NCBI GenBank assembly: GCA_965215005.1
Contig: CBDCCZ010000004.1
Coordinates: 96,001 to 160,000, forward strand
Reading direction: 5' to 3'
Length of the DNA: 64,000 bases
From: Kofleriaceae bacterium
Lineage (GTDB): Bacteria > Myxococcota_A > Polyangia > Haliangiales > Haliangiaceae
Shown in pieces: positions 19,642 through 28,408 of this stretch. The translations under genes were made by a program, and so were the position numbers. The notes below the pieces were generated by a model that saw only the letters and a list, made by a program, of their open reading frames with translations, was not told the origin of the DNA and ran no database searches. Each line of letters begins with the position of its first letter. Position 1 is the first letter of the stretch.

Positions 19642-20375
19642 TGCTGATGCGCTCGCTGCTTGCAGTTGCCGCGAGCGCGATGCTGGTGTCGACCGCGCAG
19701 GCCGGCGCGAGCGAGCCCCCTTCGACCGCGGCAGCCGCGGAAGCAGGCACGGCAAGCGCGTTCGAGACCCAGCTGAGCGAGCGGCTCGCCGCTGTGTTGC
19801 CAGCGCATTTGGCGCCCGGCGCCTTGCACGTGCCGGCGAGTATCGCGCGGCTCGAGCCGCCGCCAACCATCGTGGCGGTGCGTTGGCGACGACCGCCGCG
19901 CGCCGGCCACACCACAGTAATGGTCGAGCTCGACACGGCGGAGGGCCAGCGTCGCAAGGTGTGGGTGCGGCTCGACGTGCTCGAGCGCCGTGCGGTGCTG
20001 GTGGCAGCGCGGCCATTGGTTGCCGGCATGGTTGTTGGTGCCGATGATTTGCGGGTCGCGCTGGTTGCGCTGCCGGAAGGGCAGGGACTGGAGCTATCGC
20101 CAGCGGGATTGCTGGGGGCGCGGGTGGTTGGCGCGATCGACGAAGGTGCGGTGATCGACGCCGAGGTGGTGGAGCTGCCGCCGCCGATTGCGCGCGGCAC
20201 ATCGGTTACGGTGATCGTGCGGTATGGGCGGGTGGAGGTGCGCACGCCGGCAGTGCTGGAGCGCGCCGCGCAGCTCGGTGAGCTCGCGACTGCTCGGCTC
20301 ATTAGCCAGCGACGACTTTTAAAGGGACGGCTGATCTCTGCCGATGTCGTTCTCATCGCAGGAGAAGCACCGTGA
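19641..20375 (+). CDS. flgA: P-ring assembly chaperone FlgA
   Basis: Signal peptide; SAF-like VLVAARPL..G.VV...DL and C-terminal PPIARG..VTV; between flgG and flgH. Confidence 0.8.
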   Translation: MLMRSLLAVAASAMLVSTAQAGASEPPSTAAAAEAGTASAFETQLSERLAAVLPAHLAPGALHVPASIARLEPPPTIVAVRWRRPPRAGHTTVMVELDTAEGQRRKVWVRLDVLERRAVLVAARPLVAGMVVGADDLRVALVALPEGQGLELSPAGLLGARVVGAIDEGAVIDAEVVELPPPIARGTSVTVIVRYGRVEVRTPAVLERAAQLGELATARLISQRRLLKGRLISADVVLIAGEAP

Positions 20376-21061
20376 ACCGCTCCCTCATCATCATCTTTGC
20401 GCTGGTCTCGCTCGTGCTCGGCGCGTGCGCTACTCACATTGCTCCGTATCGACCAAAGCGCCGTCACTTTGACCCCGGCAAGTACGCGAAAGCGCCGACG
20501 ACTCCCACGGGCAGCTTGTATGCCTCCGGCAGCGCTGGCTTCTTCGAGGACTCCGTGGCCTCACAGCTCGGCGACATCTTGGTGATCCGCATCGACGAGC
20601 GCGAGAGCGCGCTTCGTGATGCCTCGACCAAGCTCGATCAGCAGAGCTCTACCAGCTACGGTGTTCCTTCGGCGCTCGGTTTGATGGGTGCGCTGCAGTC
20701 GAAGTATCCCAACGTCGATCCGAGCGCGCTGTTTGGCGCCGAGAGCGACGTTGCCTTCCAAGGCGGGGGCAAGATCGCCCGCAAAGGGGCGCTCAACGCA
20801 ACGCTATCGGTTCGGGTGCAATCAGTCATGCCCAATGGCGACCTGTACGTCGAGGGCACCAAGGTGGTGATGGTGGGGCAAGAAGAGCATCACATCTACG
20901 TGAGCGGCATCGTCCGCCGCGATGACATCTTGCCCGACAACAGCGTCCGTTCGTCACGCATCGCCGATGCTGAGATCGAATACGTCGGTCGTGGCGACGT
21001 CTCCAACCAACAGCGACGGGGCTGGTTCAGTCGCACGCTCAGCAAGCTGTGGCCGTTTTGA
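20372..21061 (+). CDS. flgH: L-ring lipoprotein FlgH
   Basis: Lipobox LGAC; GDILVIRIDE, V.SSRIADA.IEY.G.G, GW...L.K.WPF. Confidence 0.95.
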   Translation: MNRSLIIIFALVSLVLGACATHIAPYRPKRRHFDPGKYAKAPTTPTGSLYASGSAGFFEDSVASQLGDILVIRIDERESALRDASTKLDQQSSTSYGVPSALGLMGALQSKYPNVDPSALFGAESDVAFQGGGKIARKGALNATLSVRVQSVMPNGDLYVEGTKVVMVGQEEHHIYVSGIVRRDDILPDNSVRSSRIADAEIEYVGRGDVSNQQRRGWFSRTLSKLWPF

Positions 21062-21072
21062 TCGGAGTGACG

Positions 21073-22176
21073 ATGAAACTCACCATGTACATCTCGATCG
21101 GCTTGGCGATGCTGCTCGCGGCGCCTACGGCGGCCAGCGCCCAGCATCGCCTCAAAGAGCTGGTGTCGATCGAAGGCGTTCGTGAGAACAGCTTAGTGGG
21201 TTTTGGCATCGTGGTCGGCTTGGCTGGCACTGGCGACGATGCACGGTCGCCGGTGGTGCAGAAGTCGCTCGCAAATCTGCTCAATCGGCTCGGCGTGAGA
21301 ATCGACCCCGCCGAGATCAAGGCCAAGAATGTGGCCGCGGTGGTGGTAACCGCGGAGCTGCCAGCGTTCGCACGCGCGGGAATGAACATCGATGTCACGG
21401 TCTCATCGATGGGCGCGGCCAAGAGCCTGCAGGGCGGCACGCTGGTGGTGACACCGCTCAAAGGACCCGACCGCGCGGTGTATGCGCTGGCGCAGGGGGC
21501 GTTGTCGCTAGGCGGGTTTGCGGTGGAGGGCGCGTCGGGCTCCACCGCCCGCAAGAACCACGCGACCGTCGCTCGCATTCCAGCCGGCGCGGTAATCGAG
21601 CGCGGCGCGCCAACGGTGTTGCCGCGCGACCGCGTCACGTTGCTCCTCAAGCAGCCCGACTTCACCACCGCTTCACGCATCGCCACTGCCATCGATGCAA
21701 CCTTCAGTGCGCCGCTGTCGATGGTGACCGATCCAGGCTCGGTGGTGGTGCAGATCCGGCCAGAGTGGAAGTCGCGCGCGGTGCACTTCATCGCCACTCT
21801 CGAGGCGATCGAGGCGGTCGCGGATGCCCCCGCCAAGGTCATCATCGACGAGCGCACCGGTACCATCGTGGTTGGCGCCAATGTTCGGCTCAGCGCCGCT
21901 GCCATCGCGCATGGGGCGCTCACGGTGCGCATTAATGAGCAGCAGGTTCCTTCGCAGCCAAATCCGCTCGCTGACGGCCAAACCGTGGTCACCGAGCAGA
22001 GCGAGATCGAGATCAATGAACAAGGCGGCGACCTGCGCGCGATTCGCGCTGCGGCGTCGGTCGGCGAGGTGGCCGCCGCACTCAATCAGCTCGGCGCCAA
22101 GCCACGCGACTTGGTCGCCATCTTCCAGGCGCTGCACGCCGCTGGCGCGCTGCGCGCTGATATCGAGGTGCTGTAG
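21073..22176 (+). CDS. flgI: P-ring protein FlgI
   Basis: GVRENSLVGFGIVVGLAGTGD, KNVAAV.VTA.LP.F, PDFTTA, ERTGTIV, AGAL.A. Confidence 0.97.
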   Translation: MKLTMYISIGLAMLLAAPTAASAQHRLKELVSIEGVRENSLVGFGIVVGLAGTGDDARSPVVQKSLANLLNRLGVRIDPAEIKAKNVAAVVVTAELPAFARAGMNIDVTVSSMGAAKSLQGGTLVVTPLKGPDRAVYALAQGALSLGGFAVEGASGSTARKNHATVARIPAGAVIERGAPTVLPRDRVTLLLKQPDFTTASRIATAIDATFSAPLSMVTDPGSVVVQIRPEWKSRAVHFIATLEAIEAVADAPAKVIIDERTGTIVVGANVRLSAAAIAHGALTVRINEQQVPSQPNPLADGQTVVTEQSEIEINEQGGDLRAIRAAASVGEVAAALNQLGAKPRDLVAIFQALHAAGALRADIEVL

Positions 22177-22952
22177 TGGCGATGCGGCTCGAGGGCGTGA
22201 CCGATCTGGCGCGCAGCCGCGGCGACGACGCGGAGACGGCGGCAACGCAGCTCGAGGCGCACTTTCTGCGCCGCATGCTTTCTGAGATGCGCCCGCAAGA
22301 TAGCGAAGGCATGTTTGGCGGCGGCATGGCCGGCGGCATGTTTCGCGAGATGCTCGACGAAGCGCTTGCAGACGCAATGGCCGACGCCGGCGGCATCGGG
22401 CTCGCTCCCATGATCTCCGATGAGCTCGATCGATTGGGCGGGGGCAAGGGCGCGATGATGACCTCCATGCCGCCCGCTGCGGACGGCTATCGCGCTGCCG
22501 CTACGCGCGCCACCGCTGCTTATCGCGCCAGCGGTCCACTTGCCGTCATGCCAGTGGATGGCCGGCAGACCTCCGATTTTGGCCCGCGCGTCGATCCGAT
22601 GAAGGGCGGCCACGGGTACCACACCGGCCTCGACATTGCCGCGCCGATGGGGACCGCCGTGCATGCCTCCGGAGACGGTGTGGTGGTGCGCGCCGGCACC
22701 GCCGGCGGCTACGGCAACATGGTGGTCATCGATCATGGCGGTGGCGTCGAGACCCGCTATGCGCATCTTTCCGAGATGGCAGTGCAGGTAGGCGATCGGG
22801 TCGCTGCCGGCGCCGTTGTCGGTGGTGTCGGCTCGACCGGCCGCTCCACGGGGCCGCACTTGCACTTCGAGGTCCGCCGCGATGGCAGCGCCGTCGATCC
22901 ACAAAAAGAGCTCGGCACCCTAAAGGATGCTGAGACCCGGCCGAGTCGTTGA
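22176..22952 (+). CDS. flgJ: FlgJ-like rod-binding domain fused to an M23 metallopeptidase
   Basis: N-terminal AATQLEAHFLRRML..MR...F.EMLD...A..MA..GGIGLA; C-terminal M23 motifs HTGLD, GYGN, YAHL, STGPHLHFEVR. Confidence 0.8.
   Translation: MAMRLEGVTDLARSRGDDAETAATQLEAHFLRRMLSEMRPQDSEGMFGGGMAGGMFREMLDEALADAMADAGGIGLAPMISDELDRLGGGKGAMMTSMPPAADGYRAAATRATAAYRASGPLAVMPVDGRQTSDFGPRVDPMKGGHGYHTGLDIAAPMGTAVHASGDGVVVRAGTAGGYGNMVVIDHGGGVETRYAHLSEMAVQVGDRVAAGAVVGGVGSTGRSTGPHLHFEVRRDGSAVDPQKELGTLKDAETRPSR
22921..22947 (+). promoter_or_regulatory. Putative sigma28 promoter for flgM
   Basis: TAAA-N15-GCCGAGTC, 21 bp before the flgM ATG. Confidence 0.7.
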
Positions 22953-22968
22953 ACTGTAGGAGGCTGCC

Positions 22969-23271
22969 ATGCGCATCCAGGGACCAAATAGTCAAGCCAT
23001 CGCCAATGCGGCCACAGACGCTGCCAGCAAAAGCAACGCCGAGCGCGCCGAGCGCAAGGAACAAGCCGCGTCTTCCAAAGCCGTGGTGGTCAACATCGGC
23101 GAAGCGGCGGGCGGCGCCTCACGCGCCTCGGCCCGCTTGAGCGAAGAAGTCGCCGCGCGGCTCGAAGAAGTGCGTTCGCAGCTGCAAGCGGGCACCTATG
23201 GAATCGACTTCGAGCGCCTCGCCGAGCGGATTGCATCGGATGAGCTAGCGAGGGCCGGGGTCGAGCGATGA
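22969..23271 (+). CDS. flgM: Anti-sigma28 factor FlgM
   Basis: ARLEEVRSQLQAGTY.ID...LAERI C-terminal motif; between flgJ and flgN. Confidence 0.88.
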   Translation: MRIQGPNSQAIANAATDAASKSNAERAERKEQAASSKAVVVNIGEAAGGASRASARLSEEVAARLEEVRSQLQAGTYGIDFERLAERIASDELARAGVER

Positions 23272-23705
23272 CGCTCACGTGGGAAGCGGTCGACGATGTC
23301 GACGCGCTTGCCCGCGTGCGGGCGTTGCTCGAGGAGCTCGGGGCGGTATTGGTCGCGGAGCGCGATGCTATCGCTAAGCTCGCCTCCGAAACGATCACCG
23401 CGCTCACTTCAGACAAAGAACGCATCTTAGTGGAGCTCGCGGCGATTGCGCAGCGGTTCCCGAGCGAGGTCGAGGACCGCGAGACGGTGACCCGACGCGC
23501 ATCGGAGCCGGTGCGCGCGTTGCGGCAGGACATTGCATTGCAGGGAATGCGAGTGCGGCTGTCGGCGCAGGCCAACGCCGCCCTTTTGCTCGATGCTGTC
23601 GATGCGGTCTCCGGGGTACTTGGCCTCGGCGGTGAAGCGGAGACGTATGATCGTCACGCGCGCAAGCTTTCGCGCAGCCGCAACTTGGGCGGCAAAGCGG
23701 CGTAG
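23268..23705 (+). CDS. flgN: Export chaperone FlgN
   Basis: Helical, L..ER.A...K, N..LL, C-terminal TYD; between flgM and flgK. Confidence 0.75.
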   Translation: MTLTWEAVDDVDALARVRALLEELGAVLVAERDAIAKLASETITALTSDKERILVELAAIAQRFPSEVEDRETVTRRASEPVRALRQDIALQGMRVRLSAQANAALLLDAVDAVSGVLGLGGEAETYDRHARKLSRSRNLGGKAA

Positions 23706-23723
23706 CCGCAGGGCAGGAGCATC

Positions 23724-25094
23724 ATGAGTGACTTGCTTCGCCTCTTGGATCTCGGCGCCGGCTCGATCGCTGCCAGCAATGCCGGCATCGCGGCAGCGGG
23801 AAACAACACCGCCAACGTCAACACCGAAGGCTACTCGCGCCAGCGCATCGACATGCGCTCGCAGCTTGCGGCGCCGCTGGTGGGTGGGGTGCTCGCGCAG
23901 GGGCCGATGCGCATGGAGGATGCGCTGCTCGCTGGACGCATGCGCACCAGCGCCGGCGCGCAGTCGATGTCCGAGGCGTTCGCTGAGGCGCTGATGTCGC
24001 TCGAGCAAGTGCTCGCCAGCTCTGGTAGCGATGTGCCTGCGGCGATGACGGAGATGTTTTCGCGCATCGGCGATGCGGCGGCCTCGCCCATGAGCAAACC
24101 AGCGCGCGAAGCGGCCATCGATGCGGCGCGGCAGCTGGCGGTCGCGGTGCGCCGGCAAGCCGCCACGCTCGAGACCGCGCGTCGAGAAGCCGATGCACGG
24201 GTCCGCGATCAAACCCGCGAGGCAAGTGCGTTGGCGGCACAAATCGCCGGGGCCAACAAGGCGCTGGCGCAAAACGCGGACCCGGTGATGATGGATCGCC
24301 GCGACTTGGCCGCACAAAAGCTGGCGGATCTGGTCGGCGGTGCGGCGCGCGTCGATCCTGATGGTCACATGCGCTTCGTGCTCAGCGGCGGCGCCGTGCT
24401 GGTCGACGGTGTTCGCGCTGCGAGCCTCGAAGCCACCTCGGATGCAACGCTGGGAAACTTCGCGCGTATCGAGGTGGTCGATGGTCAAAGTCGGCGCAAC
24501 GTCACCGGCGACCTCGACGGCGGTCGTCTCGCTGGCGAGCTGCGATTTCGCGACGAGACGGCGGTTGGACTGTTGGCCGACACCGACCAGCTCGCCTATG
24601 ACGTCGCCACCAGCACCAACGCCGTCCACGCTGCCAACGCGGCGCTCGATGGCTCGACCGGCCGCAACTTCTTCACCGCGCCCGCCGCCGTAAGCGGAGC
24701 AGCGGCGGCGCTCGAGGTCGATCCGAGCATCGCTGCCAACGCCGATCTGTTGGCGCTCGGCACGCCGGGGGAAGGGCCGGGCTCCAATGGCGGGGGCCTG
24801 GCGCTGCTTGGAGTACGCGATGCGCCGGTTGCTGGCGGTGGCACCACGACGCTCTCGGAGCAGGGCATTCGCGTCATGGCAGGCCTTGGCCGCAGCACTG
24901 CCACCGCCTCCGTCGAGCGCGAGCTTTATACCGCGCAGCGCGACACGCTGGCCGGCTTTCGCGACTCGATGGCCGGCGTGAGCGTGCAAGAAGAGCTGGT
25001 CCGCTTGTCGCAATTTCAACACGCCTCCGAAGCGTCTGCTCGCTTCATTGGCACCGTCGATCAACTGCTTGGCCGCCTCATCGAATCGATCTAA
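23724..25094 (+). CDS. flgK: Hook-associated protein FlgK
   Basis: GNN.ANVNTEGYSRQR; C-terminal RDS.AGVS..EE...L.QFQ. Confidence 0.94.
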   Translation: MSDLLRLLDLGAGSIAASNAGIAAAGNNTANVNTEGYSRQRIDMRSQLAAPLVGGVLAQGPMRMEDALLAGRMRTSAGAQSMSEAFAEALMSLEQVLASSGSDVPAAMTEMFSRIGDAAASPMSKPAREAAIDAARQLAVAVRRQAATLETARREADARVRDQTREASALAAQIAGANKALAQNADPVMMDRRDLAAQKLADLVGGAARVDPDGHMRFVLSGGAVLVDGVRAASLEATSDATLGNFARIEVVDGQSRRNVTGDLDGGRLAGELRFRDETAVGLLADTDQLAYDVATSTNAVHAANAALDGSTGRNFFTAPAAVSGAAAALEVDPSIAANADLLALGTPGEGPGSNGGGLALLGVRDAPVAGGGTTTLSEQGIRVMAGLGRSTATASVERELYTAQRDTLAGFRDSMAGVSVQEELVRLSQFQHASEASARFIGTVDQLLGRLIESI

Positions 25095-25097
25095 ATC

Positions 25098-25973
25098 ATG
25101 CGCATCACTGAAGCTCGAATGCTCGAAGTTGGTTCCGTGCAGACCATGCGCGCGCAAGAGCGTGTGGCTGCCAAGCAAGCAGAGCTCTCTAGCGGCAAAC
25201 GCGTCGAGCGGCCATCGCAGGATCCCACCGCGTGGGCCGAGGGCCGTCGGGCTCAGGTGCGGTCGCAGGCGAGCAGCCACCGCGGACAACATCTCGCGCG
25301 TTCCAATGAGCGGCTCGCCGACACCGAGCGGGTGCTCGAGAGCCTGGGCGAGGTGACGGCGCGGGCGAGAGAGCTGGCTATCCAAGGAGCCAACGCCACG
25401 CTGGATGCCGACAATCGTGCCGGCATTGCCTCGGAGATTCGCCAGCTGCGCGCTGCGGCGCTCGATGCGGTCAACACGCGCGATGCCGAGGGCGAGTATC
25501 TATTTGCGGGTTCGCGCGGCGATGTCGCGCCGTTCGATGCGGCGGGCGTGTACGTCGGCGACGACCTGCAGCGTGAAGTGGAAAGCGGCGAGGGCGCGAT
25601 GGCAACGGCCACGTTGCCAGGCTCGCGGCTCACGGCGGCTAGCGGTATCGACCTCTTCGCGCGCTTAGACGCGCTGGCCACGGCACTGGAGGCCGGCGAC
25701 GAAGCGGCAATTGCCGTGGGCGTGGGCGACATGGACGAAGCGGTTCGGCAGGTATCGCGCGCGCGCACTGAAACCGGTGAGATGATGCGCGCGTTCGACC
25801 TCGCCGATGATGCTCGCCAAGGGCTGGAGCTCGCGCTTGCCGCCACCGAAGTGCGCAGCCTCGAGACCGATGCCATCGGCGCCGCGACCGAGCTGGCGCA
25901 GGCCATGAACACGCTCGAGGCTTCCCGAGCGGTCACCTCGCGCATCATCGAGATCACCCGGCCGCGACTCTAG
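25098..25973 (+). CDS. flgL: Hook-associated protein FlgL
   Basis: MRIT, LSSGKRV.RPSQDP, N....G.YLFAG. Confidence 0.92.
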   Translation: MRITEARMLEVGSVQTMRAQERVAAKQAELSSGKRVERPSQDPTAWAEGRRAQVRSQASSHRGQHLARSNERLADTERVLESLGEVTARARELAIQGANATLDADNRAGIASEIRQLRAAALDAVNTRDAEGEYLFAGSRGDVAPFDAAGVYVGDDLQREVESGEGAMATATLPGSRLTAASGIDLFARLDALATALEAGDEAAIAVGVGDMDEAVRQVSRARTETGEMMRAFDLADDARQGLELALAATEVRSLETDAIGAATELAQAMNTLEASRAVTSRIIEITRPRL

Positions 25974-25996
25974 CTTTTTTTTTTGGATTCTCCCCT

Positions 25997-26022
25997 TAAA
26001 GGGCCCCGGAAGCGGGCGAACC
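25997..26022 (+). promoter_or_regulatory. Putative sigma28-type promoter of flagellin 1
   Basis: TAAA-N14-GGCGAACC preceded by a T10 tract; same layout upstream of flagellins 2 and 3. Confidence 0.6.
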
Positions 26023-26094
26023 AGGTAAGCGAGCGGGACGCACCACTTAGTCCCAGCCACCTGAACGCAACCCCAACGCTACCGGAGTACGACA

Positions 26095-26964
26095 ATGGCC
26101 CTTTCAATCATCACCAATCTTCCCGCTCTCAGCGCGCAACGCAACCTCGCTTCGACCACCGATGCACTCACGCAGAGCGTTGGTCGCTTGTCCTCGGGCT
26201 TGCGCATCAACCGCGCCGCCGACGACGCAGCGGGCCTTGGCATCAGCGAGAACCTTCGCGCCGACATCCGCAGCATGGTGCAGGCCAAGCGCAACGCCAA
26301 CGATGCCATCAGCCTCACGCAGGTGGCGGAAGGCGCGATGAATGAGATCCAAGGCATCGTCTCGCGCATGCGTGAGCTGGCGGTGCAGTCGGCCAACGGC
26401 ACGCTCGGGACCACCGAGCGCGGCTACATTCAGACCGAGTTCACCAGCCTGCGACAGGAAATCGACCGCATCACGGCGGTCACCGAGTTCAACGGTACCA
26501 AGCTGATCGACGGCACCATGAGCGCCGGCGTCAACTTCCAGGTAGGCATCCAAAACACCTCCAACGATCGCCTCAGCCTCAGCATCGGCGCGCTCAACGC
26601 GCAGTCGCTCGGCAGCACGGGCAGCGTCGCTACCGGCGCCGCGGGGACGGTGATTGCTTCGCAGAGCCTGTCGACGGCAACGGGCGCGCAGGCCGCATTG
26701 GCGGTGTTCGACCTGGCGATCACGCAGCTCTCGACCTCGCGCTCAAAGCTCGGCGCGATGCAGAACCGGTTGTCGGTGACCATGACCAACATCTCGGTCG
26801 CCCACGAGAACCTCTCGGCCGCCGAGTCGCGCATCCGCGACGTCGACGTCGCCTCCGAGTCTGGAAATCTGGCTCGTGCGCAGATCCTTCAGCAGGCGGG
26901 CGTGTCGCTCTTGGGACAAGCCAACCAGCTGCCCCAGGCCGCACTGAGCCTCTTGGGCAACTAG
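26095..26964 (+). CDS. fliC: Flagellin 1 (289 aa)
   Basis: RLSSGLRINRAADDAAG, RMRELAVQSANGT, AESRIRDVD, QANQ.PQ.ALSLL. Confidence 0.97.
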   Translation: MALSIITNLPALSAQRNLASTTDALTQSVGRLSSGLRINRAADDAAGLGISENLRADIRSMVQAKRNANDAISLTQVAEGAMNEIQGIVSRMRELAVQSANGTLGTTERGYIQTEFTSLRQEIDRITAVTEFNGTKLIDGTMSAGVNFQVGIQNTSNDRLSLSIGALNAQSLGSTGSVATGAAGTVIASQSLSTATGAQAALAVFDLAITQLSTSRSKLGAMQNRLSVTMTNISVAHENLSAAESRIRDVDVASESGNLARAQILQQAGVSLLGQANQLPQAALSLLGN

Positions 26965-27159
26965 TTCCACGTCCCCACGCGGCGCGCGGCGCCGAGGCCT
27001 TCGTCTGATCCCGGTAGCGGGCCGCCCAGCTGACCTCGGCTGGGCGCGCCCGCTCTTCGCATTTGTGGGTCCTGCGTACCACGGCAGCGCGATGTAGGTC
27101 GCGCCGGCAGGCTTTCGCACGCGCGCACTCGGTGCCGCGTTTTTTTTTCGCAAGCCCCT

Positions 27160-27185
27160 TCAAGAGCGCCGCGTGCGGGCGAACC
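27160..27185 (+). promoter_or_regulatory. Putative sigma28-type promoter of flagellin 2
   Basis: TCAA-N14-GGCGAACC preceded by a T9 tract. Confidence 0.6.
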
Positions 27186-27257
27186 AGGTAAGCGAGCGGG
27201 ACGCACCACTTAGTCCCAGCCACCTGAACGCAACCCCAACGCTACCGGAGTACGACA

Positions 27258-28127
27258 ATGGCCCTTTCAATCATCACCAATCTTCCCGCTCTCAGCGCGC
27301 AACGCAACCTCGCTTCGACCACCGATGCACTCACGCAGAGCGTTGGTCGCTTGTCCTCGGGCTTGCGCATCAACCGCGCCGCCGACGACGCAGCGGGCCT
27401 TGGCATCAGCGAGAACCTTCGCGCCGACATCCGCAGCATGGTGCAGGCCAAGCGCAACGCCAACGATGCCATCAGCCTCACGCAGGTGGCGGAAGGCGCG
27501 ATGAATGAGATCCAAGGCATCGTCTCGCGCATGCGTGAGCTGGCGGTGCAGTCGGCCAACGGCACGCTCGGGACCACCGAGCGCGGCTACATTCAGACCG
27601 AGTTCACCAGCCTGCGACAGGAAATCGACCGCATCACGGCGGTCACCGAGTTCAACGGTACCAAGCTGATCGACGGCACCATGAGCGCCGGCGTCAACTT
27701 CCAGGTAGGCATCCAAAACACCTCCAACGATCGCCTCAGCCTCAGCATCGGCGCGCTCAACGCGCAGTCGCTCGGCAGCACGGGCAGCGTCGCTACCGGC
27801 GCCGCGGGGACGGTGATTGCTTCGCAGAGCCTGTCGACGGCAACGGGCGCGCAGGCCGCATTGGCGGTGTTCGACCTGGCGATCACGCAGCTCTCGACCT
27901 CGCGCTCAAAGCTCGGCGCGATGCAGAACCGGTTGTCGGTGACCATGACCAACATCTCGGTCGCCCACGAGAACCTCTCGGCCGCCGAGTCGCGCATCCG
28001 CGACGTCGACGTCGCCTCCGAGTCTGGAAATCTGGCTCGCGCGCAGATCCTTCAGCAGGCGGGCGTGTCGCTCTTGGGACAAGCCAACCAGCTGCCCCAG
28101 GCCGCATTGAGCCTCTTGGGCAACTAG
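27258..28127 (+). CDS. fliC: Flagellin 2 (protein identical to flagellin 1)
   Basis: Same flagellin motifs; identical translation. Confidence 0.97.
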   Translation: MALSIITNLPALSAQRNLASTTDALTQSVGRLSSGLRINRAADDAAGLGISENLRADIRSMVQAKRNANDAISLTQVAEGAMNEIQGIVSRMRELAVQSANGTLGTTERGYIQTEFTSLRQEIDRITAVTEFNGTKLIDGTMSAGVNFQVGIQNTSNDRLSLSIGALNAQSLGSTGSVATGAAGTVIASQSLSTATGAQAALAVFDLAITQLSTSRSKLGAMQNRLSVTMTNISVAHENLSAAESRIRDVDVASESGNLARAQILQQAGVSLLGQANQLPQAALSLLGN

Positions 28128-28139
28128 TCTCACGGCTCA

Positions 28140-28165
28140 CGGCTCACGGCGCACGCCGTGAGCCG
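28140..28165 (+). terminator. Hairpin after flagellin 2 (terminator or mRNA-stabilising), built on a CTCACGG x3 microrepeat
   Basis: cggctcacggcg / cgccgtgagccg perfect inverted repeat; no U-tract. Confidence 0.45.
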
Positions 28166-28315
28166 CAAGCAACTGTCTATAGGACCATTGCTACGAAGTC
28201 TTCGCCCCGGCGTTCTCGCTGGGGCTTTCGACGTTTTCGGTCCGCGCGAGCACGCATTCGTACCGATTCGCGTCTCGTGCAGCGGCGCGTTGATCGATTT
28301 TTTTCGATTGGCTCT

Positions 28316-28341
28316 TCAAGGTCGCGCAAAACGGGCGAACC
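28316..28341 (+). promoter_or_regulatory. Putative sigma28-type promoter of flagellins 3-4
   Basis: TCAA-N14-GGCGAACC preceded by a T7 tract. Confidence 0.6.
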
Positions 28342-28408
28342 ACGATGCAACGGTGCAACTGCAATCAACAGGCGAATGCAAATTCGTATGCAAGGAGACA
28401 ATCACTAG

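Larger units (their letters stand above)
26012..28128 (+). repeat. Near-perfect tandem duplication (offset 1163 bp) of the -10 box, leader and flagellin gene: 26012-26965 and 27175-28128
   Basis: Identical proteins; only two synonymous differences seen near the 3' end (CGT/CGC, CTG/TTG). Confidence 0.92.

Noticed and set aside
23427..25385. Long antisense ORFs (e.g. 23427-25385, 3246-4793, 5079-6446)
   Set aside because: Shadow ORFs of high-GC coding genes; Arg/Ala-rich with no recognisable motifs.
26095..28127. Flagellin 1/2 as an assembly duplication artefact
   Set aside because: The copies differ at two synonymous sites and have different upstream and downstream flanks. Not fully excluded without reads.
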